Shown: positions 28,489 through 36,940 of the stretch, piece after piece
How positions within the stretch are numbered: position 1 is the stretch's first letter
Layout of the letters: every line of letters starts with the position of its first letter
Assembly: GCA_038886535.1 (NCBI GenBank)
Contig: JAVZXS010000001.1
Location: 100,954-164,953 of the forward strand
Source of the DNA: Candidatus Micrarchaeia archaeon
Lineage (GTDB): Archaea; Micrarchaeota; Micrarchaeia; CABMEP01
Direction: 5' to 3'
DNA: 64,000 bases
Program-made: the position numbers and the translations under genes
The notes under the pieces: generated by a model
The model's input: the letters and a program-made list of their open reading frames with translations, nothing else
What the model was told of the DNA's origin: nothing
Database searches by the model: none

Positions 28489-28696
28489 GGGGATATTGCG
28501 TAACCAGGCAGCGCGGCAGGCTCCAGTTTTTGGGAATGCCTCTTGCCTGTACTGCTTTCTAGGATAAATTTCCTGGGCAGTCAGCAGGTATTCTGACTCG
28601 GGTCAAACCGGGAATGATCTATAACGGGAGCTATGATTTGATGATTGCTCCAAAAGAAGATACCTGCAAGTCGGGGTTCAAATCCCCGTATCCCCA
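28489..28696 (+). tRNA. tRNA-Trp(CCA) with 135-nt intron at 37/38 (28527-28661)
   Basis: 5' exon GGGGAUA..GCAGG-CUCCAG; 3' exon A-CCUGC..CGGGG-UUCAAAU-CCCCG-UAUCCCC-A; BHB-like junction with UUUUGG/CCAAAA stem. Confidence 0.92.
28527..28661 (+). ncRNA. Intron-encoded C/D guide RNA for tRNA-Trp positions 34 and 39
   Basis: GCAGGUAUU-CUGA guide (N+5 = C39); K-turn C'/D'; 12-nt AUAACGGGAGCU-AUGA guide (N+5 = C34); analogous to the euryarchaeal tRNA-Trp intron sRNA. Confidence 0.78.
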
Positions 28697-29586
28697 TTTT
28701 TTTCTAATTTATCTAATAAAATTTTAATCTTCTCAATAGATTTTACTTTCATAATTTCTTCTCTTAATTTACTTGCATTCTTCATTCCTTTAAAAATTTG
28801 AGAGTAGACTAATTTTATGTTATTTAGGTCTATTAAATCTAGATTTTCACATATTTTATAATATTCTAGAGCTGTTTCAATTCTCTCTCTATTCGTAAGT
28901 TCGTTCTTACCTTCAAATACTCTTGGGTTTTGAAGCGCAGCCCTTCCAATCATTATCCCACTGCAAAATTCATTTTTTATTTTTTCTTTTCCTTCTTCAA
29001 GATTTCTCACATTGCCATTTCCAACTACAGGTATGTTTATCTTCTCATGTGCTGTTTTTATGATATTCCAATCGACATTTCCTGAATACCCTTGTTTTAC
29101 AGTTCTTCCATGAACAATAAGAAAATCAGCACCTGAATCTTCTATACCTTTATAGAATTCAATCGTTTTTTCCTTTTCACTAAAAATTCTTGTCTTAACT
29201 GAAACAGGAAGAGTTGTTTCTTTTTTGCACTCCTTAATTATTTGAAAGAGGAGCTGATAATTTTTCATAAGAGCGCTTCCAGCACCTGTTTTCATTGTAG
29301 TATGTGAAGGGCAGCCGGCATTTATGTTGAATCCCTTTATAAACGGATACTTCTTTTCGATTACTTTGATAGCTTCTTTGAATTCATCTGGTTTTGATCC
29401 TGAAAGTTGAACTGTTACGTTTTTTTCTTCTTCACTTATGAATGGAATAAATTTTCCTTTTGAGACAGCAGTAACGTTGACTAGCGGAACAAACGTCATT
29501 TTACATTTGTGTCTCTCGCTAATAAGTCTAAATGCGGCATTTGTATATTCGTGTATTGGCGCAAGAGAGAATCTAGCAATCTTCAT
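28678..29586 (-). CDS. dus: tRNA-dihydrouridine synthase
   Basis: LAP, VQLSGS, INAGCP catalytic Cys, VHGRT, GNGNV, MIGRAAL; last codons overlap tRNA-Trp 3' end antisense. Confidence 0.9.
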   Translation of the reverse strand: MKIARFSLAPIHEYTNAAFRLISERHKCKMTFVPLVNVTAVSKGKFIPFISEEEKNVTVQLSGSKPDEFKEAIKVIEKKYPFIKGFNINAGCPSHTTMKTGAGSALMKNYQLLFQIIKECKKETTLPVSVKTRIFSEKEKTIEFYKGIEDSGADFLIVHGRTVKQGYSGNVDWNIIKTAHEKINIPVVGNGNVRNLEEGKEKIKNEFCSGIMIGRAALQNPRVFEGKNELTNRERIETALEYYKICENLDLIDLNNIKLVYSQIFKGMKNASKLREEIMKVKSIEKIKILLDKLEKNGDTGI

Positions 29587-29659
29587 TTTCTCACTATTTA
29601 TATCTGATAGTAATCACAATTGTTTTAAATATATTTCTCAAATTATATCTGTGATTCTT

Positions 29660-29899
29660 ATGGCAAAGGATGAAGAATTTGACTGGGAGAAATGGGGTAA
29701 GGCATGGGACAAGAGTTGGAGAAGGAGAAAGAATGAGAGTCTTGTTTGGGCAGGACTTATTATTCTTTTGATAGGAGTTCTTTGGTATGCAGTCACAGTC
29801 GGACTTATTGATCTCAGTCTTATATGTCCTGGATTTCTGATAATAATCGGAGCAATGTTTATATTGAAAGGCCTACTTGATCAGATATTTCATTTATAA
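29660..29899 (+). CDS. Small two-TM membrane protein
   Basis: ATG after GTGAT SD; MAKDEEFDWEKWG.. followed by two hydrophobic segments. Confidence 0.7.
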   Translation: MAKDEEFDWEKWGKAWDKSWRRRKNESLVWAGLIILLIGVLWYAVTVGLIDLSLICPGFLIIIGAMFILKGLLDQIFHL

Positions 29900-29935
29900 C
29901 TTCTTTTTATTCTGGCGTACTATTCTGGTGTACAT

Positions 29936-30148
29936 ATGAAATTCAAGGTAAAGGTTATTCCTAATTCTAAGAGGGAAGAAATAATAGAGGATAGGGAAAA
30001 CGGAATAATAACTGTAAGAGTAAAAGAGAAGCCAGAGAAGGGAAAAGCAACACTTAAAGTAATCAAAATGTTAGAAGAATACTTCCATAAACCTGTAAAT
30101 CTCTTGAAAGGAGCATTTTCAAGAGAGAAGATTATAGAAGTTGAATAG
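29936..30148 (+). CDS. DUF167 (YggU-like) protein
   Basis: VKVIPNSK, VRVKEKPEKGKA, GAFSREK. Confidence 0.85.
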   Translation: MKFKVKVIPNSKREEIIEDRENGIITVRVKEKPEKGKATLKVIKMLEEYFHKPVNLLKGAFSREKIIEVE

Positions 30149-30168
30149 TAATATAAACTCTAATGTTT

Positions 30169-30861
30169 CTATGCAGATAGCATTAAGCTGAATATAGTAT
30201 AAGTAACAATTATGGATAAAACAGAACCAGCTATCAACTGCCATATAGTATGTGCTTTTACTTTATATCTAAGTGCAAAAATAGGAATAAGTAAAAGATA
30301 TAGAGGAAGTGCTTTTTCTCCATAAACAACATAAAGTGCAGTTACAGGGCCAGCAATACCACTTGCATGTGCACTTATCTTCCATTTTAGATTTATCAAC
30401 ATCATAAGTATTGTTGCAACTGCATATGCAATTGAAGTTATGAACATTAGCCTGTGTTCGAATGTATAAAATATAATCGCCGCAATCAACTGGAGTATCA
30501 CAGCCATCAAATAAAAACGAGTCCTAGATTCTCTTTCAGACAATTCAACATCAACCTTTCCTTTCCTGCTGTAGTAGAGTATTGCCATTCCTGGAAGCAA
30601 AGAGAAGAGGACACCTGTAAGTAAGAAAGAGCTTAAAGGACTTATCATGCCTGTTCCATAAGGAGAATGGAATGAAAAGAAATATGCTAGAAAGACTGAA
30701 GTTATCGGAGCAGATGTAAGAATAGAAAGTAGTATGAATCGATTGTCCTTATATGGCTTTTTGAACTTCACATTTTTAACATTTTTTATCTTAGTGCTTA
30801 TTTTAGCAGTTACTTTTTCCTTTACTCTTTTTATTTTCAATCTGGGATTTATAATCTTCAA
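30169..30861 (-). CDS. PAP2-like polytopic membrane protein
   Basis: Multiple TM helices; WKISAHASG, R..VKAHT..QL..G. Confidence 0.65.
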   Translation of the reverse strand: MKIINPRLKIKRVKEKVTAKISTKIKNVKNVKFKKPYKDNRFILLSILTSAPITSVFLAYFFSFHSPYGTGMISPLSSFLLTGVLFSLLPGMAILYYSRKGKVDVELSERESRTRFYLMAVILQLIAAIIFYTFEHRLMFITSIAYAVATILMMLINLKWKISAHASGIAGPVTALYVVYGEKALPLYLLLIPIFALRYKVKAHTIWQLIAGSVLSIIVTYTIFSLMLSA

Positions 30862-30935
30862 GCTATCACTTTATATGAATGCACTATTCTATAATGTAGT
30901 TTAAAGCTTTTAAATATTCAATGCAAATGTAGATT

Positions 30936-31496
30936 ATGAGATCATTCAGCAAAACAAAAAAAAGTTTTACAAACTCTGAAATTATGTCAAGTTTGGAAGG
31001 CATATCCTTTGGGCTAGTAGATGGCTCAATATGTGCATTGGGTGCTGTAGTAGGTATAGTGACTGCTACAAATGATCCTTTTCTTGCAGTTTTGTCTATA
31101 CTTATCTTCGGCCTGTCTGATTCGTTTGGAAATTCTGCAGGCTTCTATCTTTCTCAGGTTTCAGAGCGCAACATTCAGATAATGAGGAAAAGAATGGGAA
31201 GAACGCAGCATGTTCATACTATGCGAGAATTATTTCTAAACGGCGTACTTTCGTTTGTTTCGACATTCATAATCTATATTTTGATAGGTCTTCCCTTTAT
31301 ATTTCTTCCTTTAGAACAAGCGCTTATATCTGCAGTTATAATAGCAGCATTGGTTACATTTTTATTAGGAGCTTATAATGCAAACATGATAAAGAAAGAT
31401 GTTATTAAAACCGGAATGTTCTATTCTGGAATAACTGTAGCCACAGCAATCATATGCTATCTATTAGGATTGCTTTTGAATAATTTATTCTTTTAA
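30936..31496 (+). CDS. VIT1/CCC1 family transporter
   Basis: FGLVDG, GLSDSFG..YLSQVSE, five TM segments. Confidence 0.8.
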   Translation: MRSFSKTKKSFTNSEIMSSLEGISFGLVDGSICALGAVVGIVTATNDPFLAVLSILIFGLSDSFGNSAGFYLSQVSERNIQIMRKRMGRTQHVHTMRELFLNGVLSFVSTFIIYILIGLPFIFLPLEQALISAVIIAALVTFLLGAYNANMIKKDVIKTGMFYSGITVATAIICYLLGLLLNNLFF

Positions 31497-31511
31497 TCTA
31501 AAATTTAATTC

Positions 31512-32141
31512 TTATTTAAACATCTCTCTTATTGCAGAATGGCTCTTCTTTTCAAGTTCTCTTTGAACAAGTGACTTGATGATTTTTTTCCAATCTATAA
31601 TGAATATTGCAACTGCAATTCCAACTCCAATGATTCCCATCAGAAGATATTCATATGTTGAAAATGTAACTTGCTCAAGCGCTGTTTCAAGCACAGTTAT
31701 GTATACTATATTAGAAAGGAGTTCTCCGAAGAAGAACCCTCCGATAAGCGTCAATATTCTGAGATGTGCTATTCCTGCCACTACAAACAAAGCATTTGTT
31801 GGAAGAGGGCTTAAAGCATAAAGAAATGCAATTATAAACGCTATTTTAGGGTTCTCGATTTCAATAAAAAATTCTTTGAGATATTCAATATTACGTTTCT
31901 GTCTCTTCGGAAGCACCTTGTCTCCTATATTTTTAGAATAAGATGCAAGAACATATCTACCTATTGCAGAAGCAAATATAGCAATAACTATGATTGGAAT
32001 AAGTAGAACAGGATCTGTTTTTCCAGCAAAGAAAGCAACCACTATCCAGGTAGGAATTGTAAATATCGGATTTGCATTAAGAAGGAAAACTGTAAAGAAG
32101 ATCTCTGCTATGATTAATAAATCCATGAGAATCCTTTGCAT
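31512..32141 (-). CDS. Membrane protein (DedA/VTT-like)
   Basis: Hydrophobic 209-aa ORF; SAIGR.VL, SPLPTNALFVVAG. Confidence 0.6.
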   Translation of the reverse strand: MQRILMDLLIIAEIFFTVFLLNANPIFTIPTWIVVAFFAGKTDPVLLIPIIVIAIFASAIGRYVLASYSKNIGDKVLPKRQKRNIEYLKEFFIEIENPKIAFIIAFLYALSPLPTNALFVVAGIAHLRILTLIGGFFFGELLSNIVYITVLETALEQVTFSTYEYLLMGIIGVGIAVAIFIIDWKKIIKSLVQRELEKKSHSAIREMFK

Positions 32142-32210
32142 TAAAGATTTAAAATTCTGACTGATATAATATTATAATACGAAAATTGATTCACAACGAG
32201 GTAAGTGTTA

Positions 32211-33413
32211 ATGGCAAAACAAATCATCACATTTGTGCTTTTATTATTCATCTCATCTTTGGCTTTTGCTTTTTGGTATGAATCAATAAATGTAACTGTT
32301 TATTCTAAAGACGGATTGCCAATGAAAAATGTTCCTGTAACTGTCATATATCAATCAAGCAAATGCGGAGAGCATTCAGAACTGACAAAGAAAACAAATG
32401 AATCCGGAATGGTTTCATTCTCATTTATGAACACAGTTGATGAATCATTCGGAAAATGTATAGAAAGAATATATACAATCCGTGCTGATTTTGGAGGATA
32501 TAGCAATTCAACAATTGGTGATGTAGATAAGACAAACAAAAACTATCAGCTTTGGCTACCTTTTATTTCCCATATTGTCATTGTAAGAAATGCAGTAAAT
32601 AATACGATTCAGGGTGCTAACGTAACAGCCTTCAATGTAACATACACAACAGATGCCGGAGGAAATGCGTTTATACTTTTGCCAGCTGCAATGCTATCGG
32701 ATTTCATAGTTCAGTATGGTTCAGTATCAACAAAGACATCAGTTAATCCTTCTATTAAGCAAGTTACCTATGTTTCTCTTCCAATATATGATCTTAAAGT
32801 AAGTTTGACAGATGAGAATGGAAATTCATTATATGGAAAGATAAGATACGGAGAAGAAGAAAAATTGCTTGAAAACAGCTACGTAGTTTTCAAGTCTTTC
32901 TCTGATTTAAAACCAACTTTCTACGTTACAGTAAATAACATTACTAAACAGATAAGTACCACTATTTCATCAGATAATGTTATCTTAAGATATGATCTAA
33001 CCCCGCCGATAATACGCGATGTAGAGACAAGGGTTGCAAATAATAGAGTGTATATTTCTGCTGTTGTTGTAGATGGAGGAAGGTATGCATCTGGGATATC
33101 TTCAAATCCAATACTTTCTTACACTTCTAATACATCACAGTCTATGGGGCAGAAGATGTTTTTCGTAGGCAATGATAGATATGAGACCTCCATACCACTT
33201 GAAGGAAATAATGAAATAAATTATACTATAATTGCTACAGATTCTCAAGGTAATTCAGCAAAATATTCAGATGTCTACTCTTCCTCATTTAAAATAGAAA
33301 AAGAAATAGAGAAAGCAACAAAAGGATTCTCATGGTTAACCTTCCTAGGTATATTCGCTTTTGCAATAGTAATATATATGATCTATACAAAGATAAAAGA
33401 ACAGACGCAGTGA
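32211..33413 (+). CDS. Secreted beta-rich surface protein with C-terminal TM anchor
   Basis: Signal peptide; repeated V.V..(K/E)NG/GA.V beta-sandwich-like segments; C-terminal TM helix plus basic tail. Confidence 0.7.
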   Translation: MAKQIITFVLLLFISSLAFAFWYESINVTVYSKDGLPMKNVPVTVIYQSSKCGEHSELTKKTNESGMVSFSFMNTVDESFGKCIERIYTIRADFGGYSNSTIGDVDKTNKNYQLWLPFISHIVIVRNAVNNTIQGANVTAFNVTYTTDAGGNAFILLPAAMLSDFIVQYGSVSTKTSVNPSIKQVTYVSLPIYDLKVSLTDENGNSLYGKIRYGEEEKLLENSYVVFKSFSDLKPTFYVTVNNITKQISTTISSDNVILRYDLTPPIIRDVETRVANNRVYISAVVVDGGRYASGISSNPILSYTSNTSQSMGQKMFFVGNDRYETSIPLEGNNEINYTIIATDSQGNSAKYSDVYSSSFKIEKEIEKATKGFSWLTFLGIFAFAIVIYMIYTKIKEQTQ

Positions 33414-33513
33414 TCCTTCGTCAATCTATTTTTATTTGAATCTAATTTTTATTCACATCTATTTTATTCGAATATTCTTAGCTATAATTACATTAAGAAA
33501 TAGAATTTTAAAG

Positions 33514-33631
33514 TGCAGGGGGTGAGATTCGAACTCACGTAAGGCCTAAGCCAACAGCTTTCTTACGGGCTGCCTTTTAGGCTCTGCCTAGGTCTTGAGG
33601 CTGCCCCGTTTGACCGCTCCGGCACCCCTGC
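33514..33631 (-). tRNA. tRNA-Leu(CAA) with 34-nt intron at 37/38 (33560-33593)
   Basis: GCAGGGG..GCAGC-CUCAAG[intron]A-GCUGU, long variable arm UGGCUUAGGCC, GUGAG-UUCGAAU-CUCAC. Confidence 0.92.
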
Positions 33632-33636
33632 ATCAG

Positions 33637-33711
33637 TGCTCCGATCGGGATTTGAACCCGAGTTTCAGCCTTGAGAGGGCTGCGTCCTTGACCGGACTAG
33701 ACGATCGGAGC
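33637..33711 (-). tRNA. tRNA-Glu(CTC)
   Basis: GCUCCGA..CAGCC-CUCUCAA-GGCUG..UUCAAAU..UCGGAGC-A; 5 nt upstream of tRNA-Leu, probably co-transcribed. Confidence 0.95.
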
Positions 33712-33827
33712 TAAAACTGAGAAGTAAAAGATATATGTCAGTTAAATATTTTATACTTATCTTTTTAGAAATTTATTATAATAATTACTAGAAAGATTAG
33801 TTTAACTTTTTATTTTTTAATCAAATT

Positions 33828-34175
33828 TTAACCATAAAGGTGCATTGGTGGTTGTGGTGGTTTTGGTTGATTTTCATTTTTCTTCTTATGATAAAATGAT
33901 CTGTACTTGTCCCATGTTTTTTCTGCTGTTTTTCCTCTTAGTATCTTTACAACTAAATGTTTAGGTACGTTTATCTTTGCTGAGATTGGAGAATAATCTA
34001 CAAGAACTACATCTTCTTCATTTATCTTATCAGATATCGCTGCTGACACATCACAAGTAAATAGATTATCATCCCACATCTCAACTAGTACTTGTACGTC
34101 CTTTCCGCTGCTTATTACATCTTTAGATTTTGATGTATAAACCGCAACCACTTTTCCTGGATGGTATATAGTCAT
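33828..34175 (-). CDS. Hypothetical protein
   Basis: 115-aa ORF with SD-like GAGATGA; Pro-rich C-terminus. Confidence 0.7.
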   Translation of the reverse strand: MTIYHPGKVVAVYTSKSKDVISSGKDVQVLVEMWDDNLFTCDVSAAISDKINEEDVVLVDYSPISAKINVPKHLVVKILRGKTAEKTWDKYRSFYHKKKNENQPKPPQPPMHLYG

Positions 34176-34188
34176 ATTATCATCTCAA

Positions 34189-34261
34189 TGGCCCCGCGGA
34201 GAATCGAACTCCGAATCTCCACTGTGTGAGAGTGGCGTCTTAACCATTCGACTACAGGGCC
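34189..34261 (-). tRNA. tRNA-Val(CAC)
   Basis: CCACU-CUCACAC-AGUGG; 71/73 nt identical to tRNA-Val(GAC) at 11971. Confidence 0.95.
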
Positions 34262-34335
34262 GAATAAATCTTTCAAAATAATATGTTATTATATTAATCA
34301 AATATCTTTTTAATATTTAACCACTGATTTATATT

Positions 34336-36147
34336 ATGGACATTATAAATTCAAAAATTTTAAAGAAAAAATATCTTCAATTCTTCAAAGAGAAAGGACA
34401 TGCGATAATACCATCAGCATCTTTGATTCCAGAAAACGATCCAACCGTTCTTTTCACTACTGCTGGAATGCATCCTTTAGTACCTTATTTAATGGGGCAG
34501 CCGCATCCTTTAGGAAAAAGACTTGCAAATGTTCAGAAATGCATAAGAACTCAAGATATAGATGAAGTTGGAGATGATATACATACAACATTTTTTGAGA
34601 TGCTTGGGAACTGGAGTTTAGGGGATTATTTTAAGAAAGAAGCAATAGAGATGAGCTATGAATTTTTGACATCATCTGATTGGCTAGGTCTTGATAAAAA
34701 TAGGTTAGCAGTTACTTGTTTTGCAGGAGATAGTGATGCACCTAGAGATGAGGAAGCAGCAAATATCTGGATGTCTTTAGGCGTTCCAAGGGAAAGAATT
34801 GCATTTCTTCCAAAGGAGAATAACTGGTGGGGTCCTGCAGGAAACACAGGGCCATGTGGACCAGATACAGAAATGTTTTACTGGACGCCAAATGATATTC
34901 CAGCTCCAAAGGTTTTTGATCCGAATGACAAAAGGTGGGTTGAAATTTGGAATGACGTATTCATGCAGTATAACAAAACAAAAGAAGGCAAGTATGAACC
35001 ACTCTCTCAAAAGAATGTAGATACAGGTTTAGGTGTAGAAAGAGTTACAATGATATTACAAGGAAAGACAAATATATTTGAAATAGAGGTTTTCAAGCCA
35101 ATTATAGATAAATTAAAGGAAATTTCCGGAAAAGAGGAATCAAAAGAAAACATAAAATCATTTAGAGTAATTGCAGATCATATTCGAGCTGCAACTTTCA
35201 TTTTAGGGGATGAAAAAGGAATTACGCCTTCAAATGTAGATCAGGGATATGTCTTAAGGAGATATATAAGAAGAATGGTAAGACATGGAAGGTTATTAGG
35301 AATTCAAGATAATTTCTGTAAAGAACTCGCAGAAGTTGTTATTCAGATTTATAAAGATGATTATCCTGAGTTGTCAAAGAATAGGCAGTTTATATTTACA
35401 GAATTAGAGAAAGAAGAGAACAGATTCAAGGAAACATTGGAATCTGGAATGAAGTTATTCAACAAATATATCGCTGAAAAGAAGATGCTTACTGGAGTTG
35501 ATGCATTCCTTCTCTTCCAGTCTCACGGTTTTCCAATAGAGATGACAAAAGAATTGATGCAGGAAAAGGGAATTAATATTCCACTAAATTTTGAAGAGGA
35601 ATTTAAGTTAGAGTATCAAAGACATCAAGAACTTTCAAGAATGGCAACAGAGAAAAAATTCAAAAGTGGACTTGCGGATACAAAAGAAGAAACAATCAAG
35701 CTTCATACAGCAACACATCTTTTGCACGCCGCATTAAGAAAGATTTTAGGGCCAGAAGTAAAACAGAAAGGAAGCAACATTACAGCAGAGAGGTTAAGGT
35801 TTGACTTTTCTTATCCTCAAAAACTTACACCAGAGCAGATAAAGCAGGTTGAGGATCTGGTTAATGAGGCAATTAAAAGAAAACTTCCAGTAATTCGTGA
35901 AGAGATGACGTTAGAGGAAGCAAAAGCAAAGGGAGCAATCGCACTTTTTGAAGGAAAGTATGGTGAAAGAGTTTCAGTTTATACCATCGGTGACTTTTCA
36001 AAAGAAGTTTGCACTGGACCTCACGTTTCAAATACTGCTGAACTCGGTCATTTCAAGATAATAAAAGAAGAATCAGTTTCTGCAGGAGTAAGAAGAATAA
36101 AAGCAGTTGTAGGCCCAGAGCCAGAACCTAAATATCTGAGCCACTGA
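34336..36147 (+). CDS. alaS: Alanine--tRNA ligase, short form without C-Ala domain
   Basis: LFTTAGMHP, FFEMLGNWSLGDYFK, VDTGLGVER, HTATHLLH and CTGPH editing motifs, GVRRIKAV near C-terminus. Confidence 0.96.
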   Translation: MDIINSKILKKKYLQFFKEKGHAIIPSASLIPENDPTVLFTTAGMHPLVPYLMGQPHPLGKRLANVQKCIRTQDIDEVGDDIHTTFFEMLGNWSLGDYFKKEAIEMSYEFLTSSDWLGLDKNRLAVTCFAGDSDAPRDEEAANIWMSLGVPRERIAFLPKENNWWGPAGNTGPCGPDTEMFYWTPNDIPAPKVFDPNDKRWVEIWNDVFMQYNKTKEGKYEPLSQKNVDTGLGVERVTMILQGKTNIFEIEVFKPIIDKLKEISGKEESKENIKSFRVIADHIRAATFILGDEKGITPSNVDQGYVLRRYIRRMVRHGRLLGIQDNFCKELAEVVIQIYKDDYPELSKNRQFIFTELEKEENRFKETLESGMKLFNKYIAEKKMLTGVDAFLLFQSHGFPIEMTKELMQEKGINIPLNFEEEFKLEYQRHQELSRMATEKKFKSGLADTKEETIKLHTATHLLHAALRKILGPEVKQKGSNITAERLRFDFSYPQKLTPEQIKQVEDLVNEAIKRKLPVIREEMTLEEAKAKGAIALFEGKYGERVSVYTIGDFSKEVCTGPHVSNTAELGHFKIIKEESVSAGVRRIKAVVGPEPEPKYLSH

Positions 36148-36192
36148 AATTTTTCAGTGGAAAACTACTAAGAAAAGATTTATAATCTTTCA
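36141..36192. promoter_or_regulatory. Two adjacent inverted repeats upstream of cas6, the second bracketing a TATA-like box
   Basis: CCACTGAAA-TT-TTTCAGTGG (36141-36160) and GAAAAGAT-TTATA-ATCTTTTC (36172-36192). Confidence 0.5.
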
Positions 36193-36202
36193 TTATTTTA
36201 AG

Positions 36203-36940
36203 TTGAACATGATTTATTCAAGATTAAAGATATATTTGAGAAAAGAGAATCCAATTTCAAATTCAATCATCTTTAATGATAGATACTTAATTTATTCTTT
36301 CATTCTTAATGCTATAAGAATGAAAAATCCTGATCTTAGTGATAAAATACATTCAAATAAATTACCTCGGGCATTTGTTTTTTCTAATATAATTCCCTAT
36401 AAATCATATCATATTTTGTATTTTACAACTCCTTATAAAGAAGTTTTTAATGCATTCTATTCTGGTTTAAACAGAAGTTCAAGATTAAATGATAGAAATA
36501 AGATGTTTAATTTTAATATAGTAAATACTATTTTAGAAAATTTTGATATAAGTTCATATAAACATTTTAACTTTTTATCTCCTTTTCTAATTCGAACAAA
36601 AGAGAAAGTTTTAGATGAGATTGATCTAAATTTTTTTGAAAAAAGTATCTCTGAAGGAATAAAAAGAGTTAGTACTAAATTAAATATTGATGTAGAAGAT
36701 ACAAATGTAAAAATAAATGGTACTAAAGATGACTTTAGGAAGAAGCTGTATGTTTTTAAGAACTCAAAAAATGAAGATGTATATATAAGAGCATTTTCAG
36801 CAAAATCTCCTTCTGTTTCGATTTCATTTAATGACGATAAGGCTAAAGCAATCGCGCTATTTTATGGAATTGGAGATAGAACTAAACTTGGATTTGGTAT
36901 GTTAGGGTTTAAAGGTGGATTAGGTGAAGGGTTACAGTAA
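36203..36940 (+). CDS. cas6: CRISPR-associated endoribonuclease Cas6
   Basis: FVFSN, FLSP, C-terminal G-loop YGIGDRTKLGFGM; first gene of cas operon. Confidence 0.88.
   Translation: MNMIYSRLKIYLRKENPISNSIIFNDRYLIYSFILNAIRMKNPDLSDKIHSNKLPRAFVFSNIIPYKSYHILYFTTPYKEVFNAFYSGLNRSSRLNDRNKMFNFNIVNTILENFDISSYKHFNFLSPFLIRTKEKVLDEIDLNFFEKSISEGIKRVSTKLNIDVEDTNVKINGTKDDFRKKLYVFKNSKNEDVYIRAFSAKSPSVSISFNDDKAKAIALFYGIGDRTKLGFGMLGFKGGLGEGLQ

Noticed and set aside
5549-34261. Integrated provirus or plasmid at one of the tRNA genes
   Set aside because: No integrase and no duplicated tRNA 3' end (att site) seen; flanking genes are housekeeping.
36924-36940. CreTA-type RNA between cas6 and cas8
   Set aside because: The two genes overlap, so there is no intergenic space.
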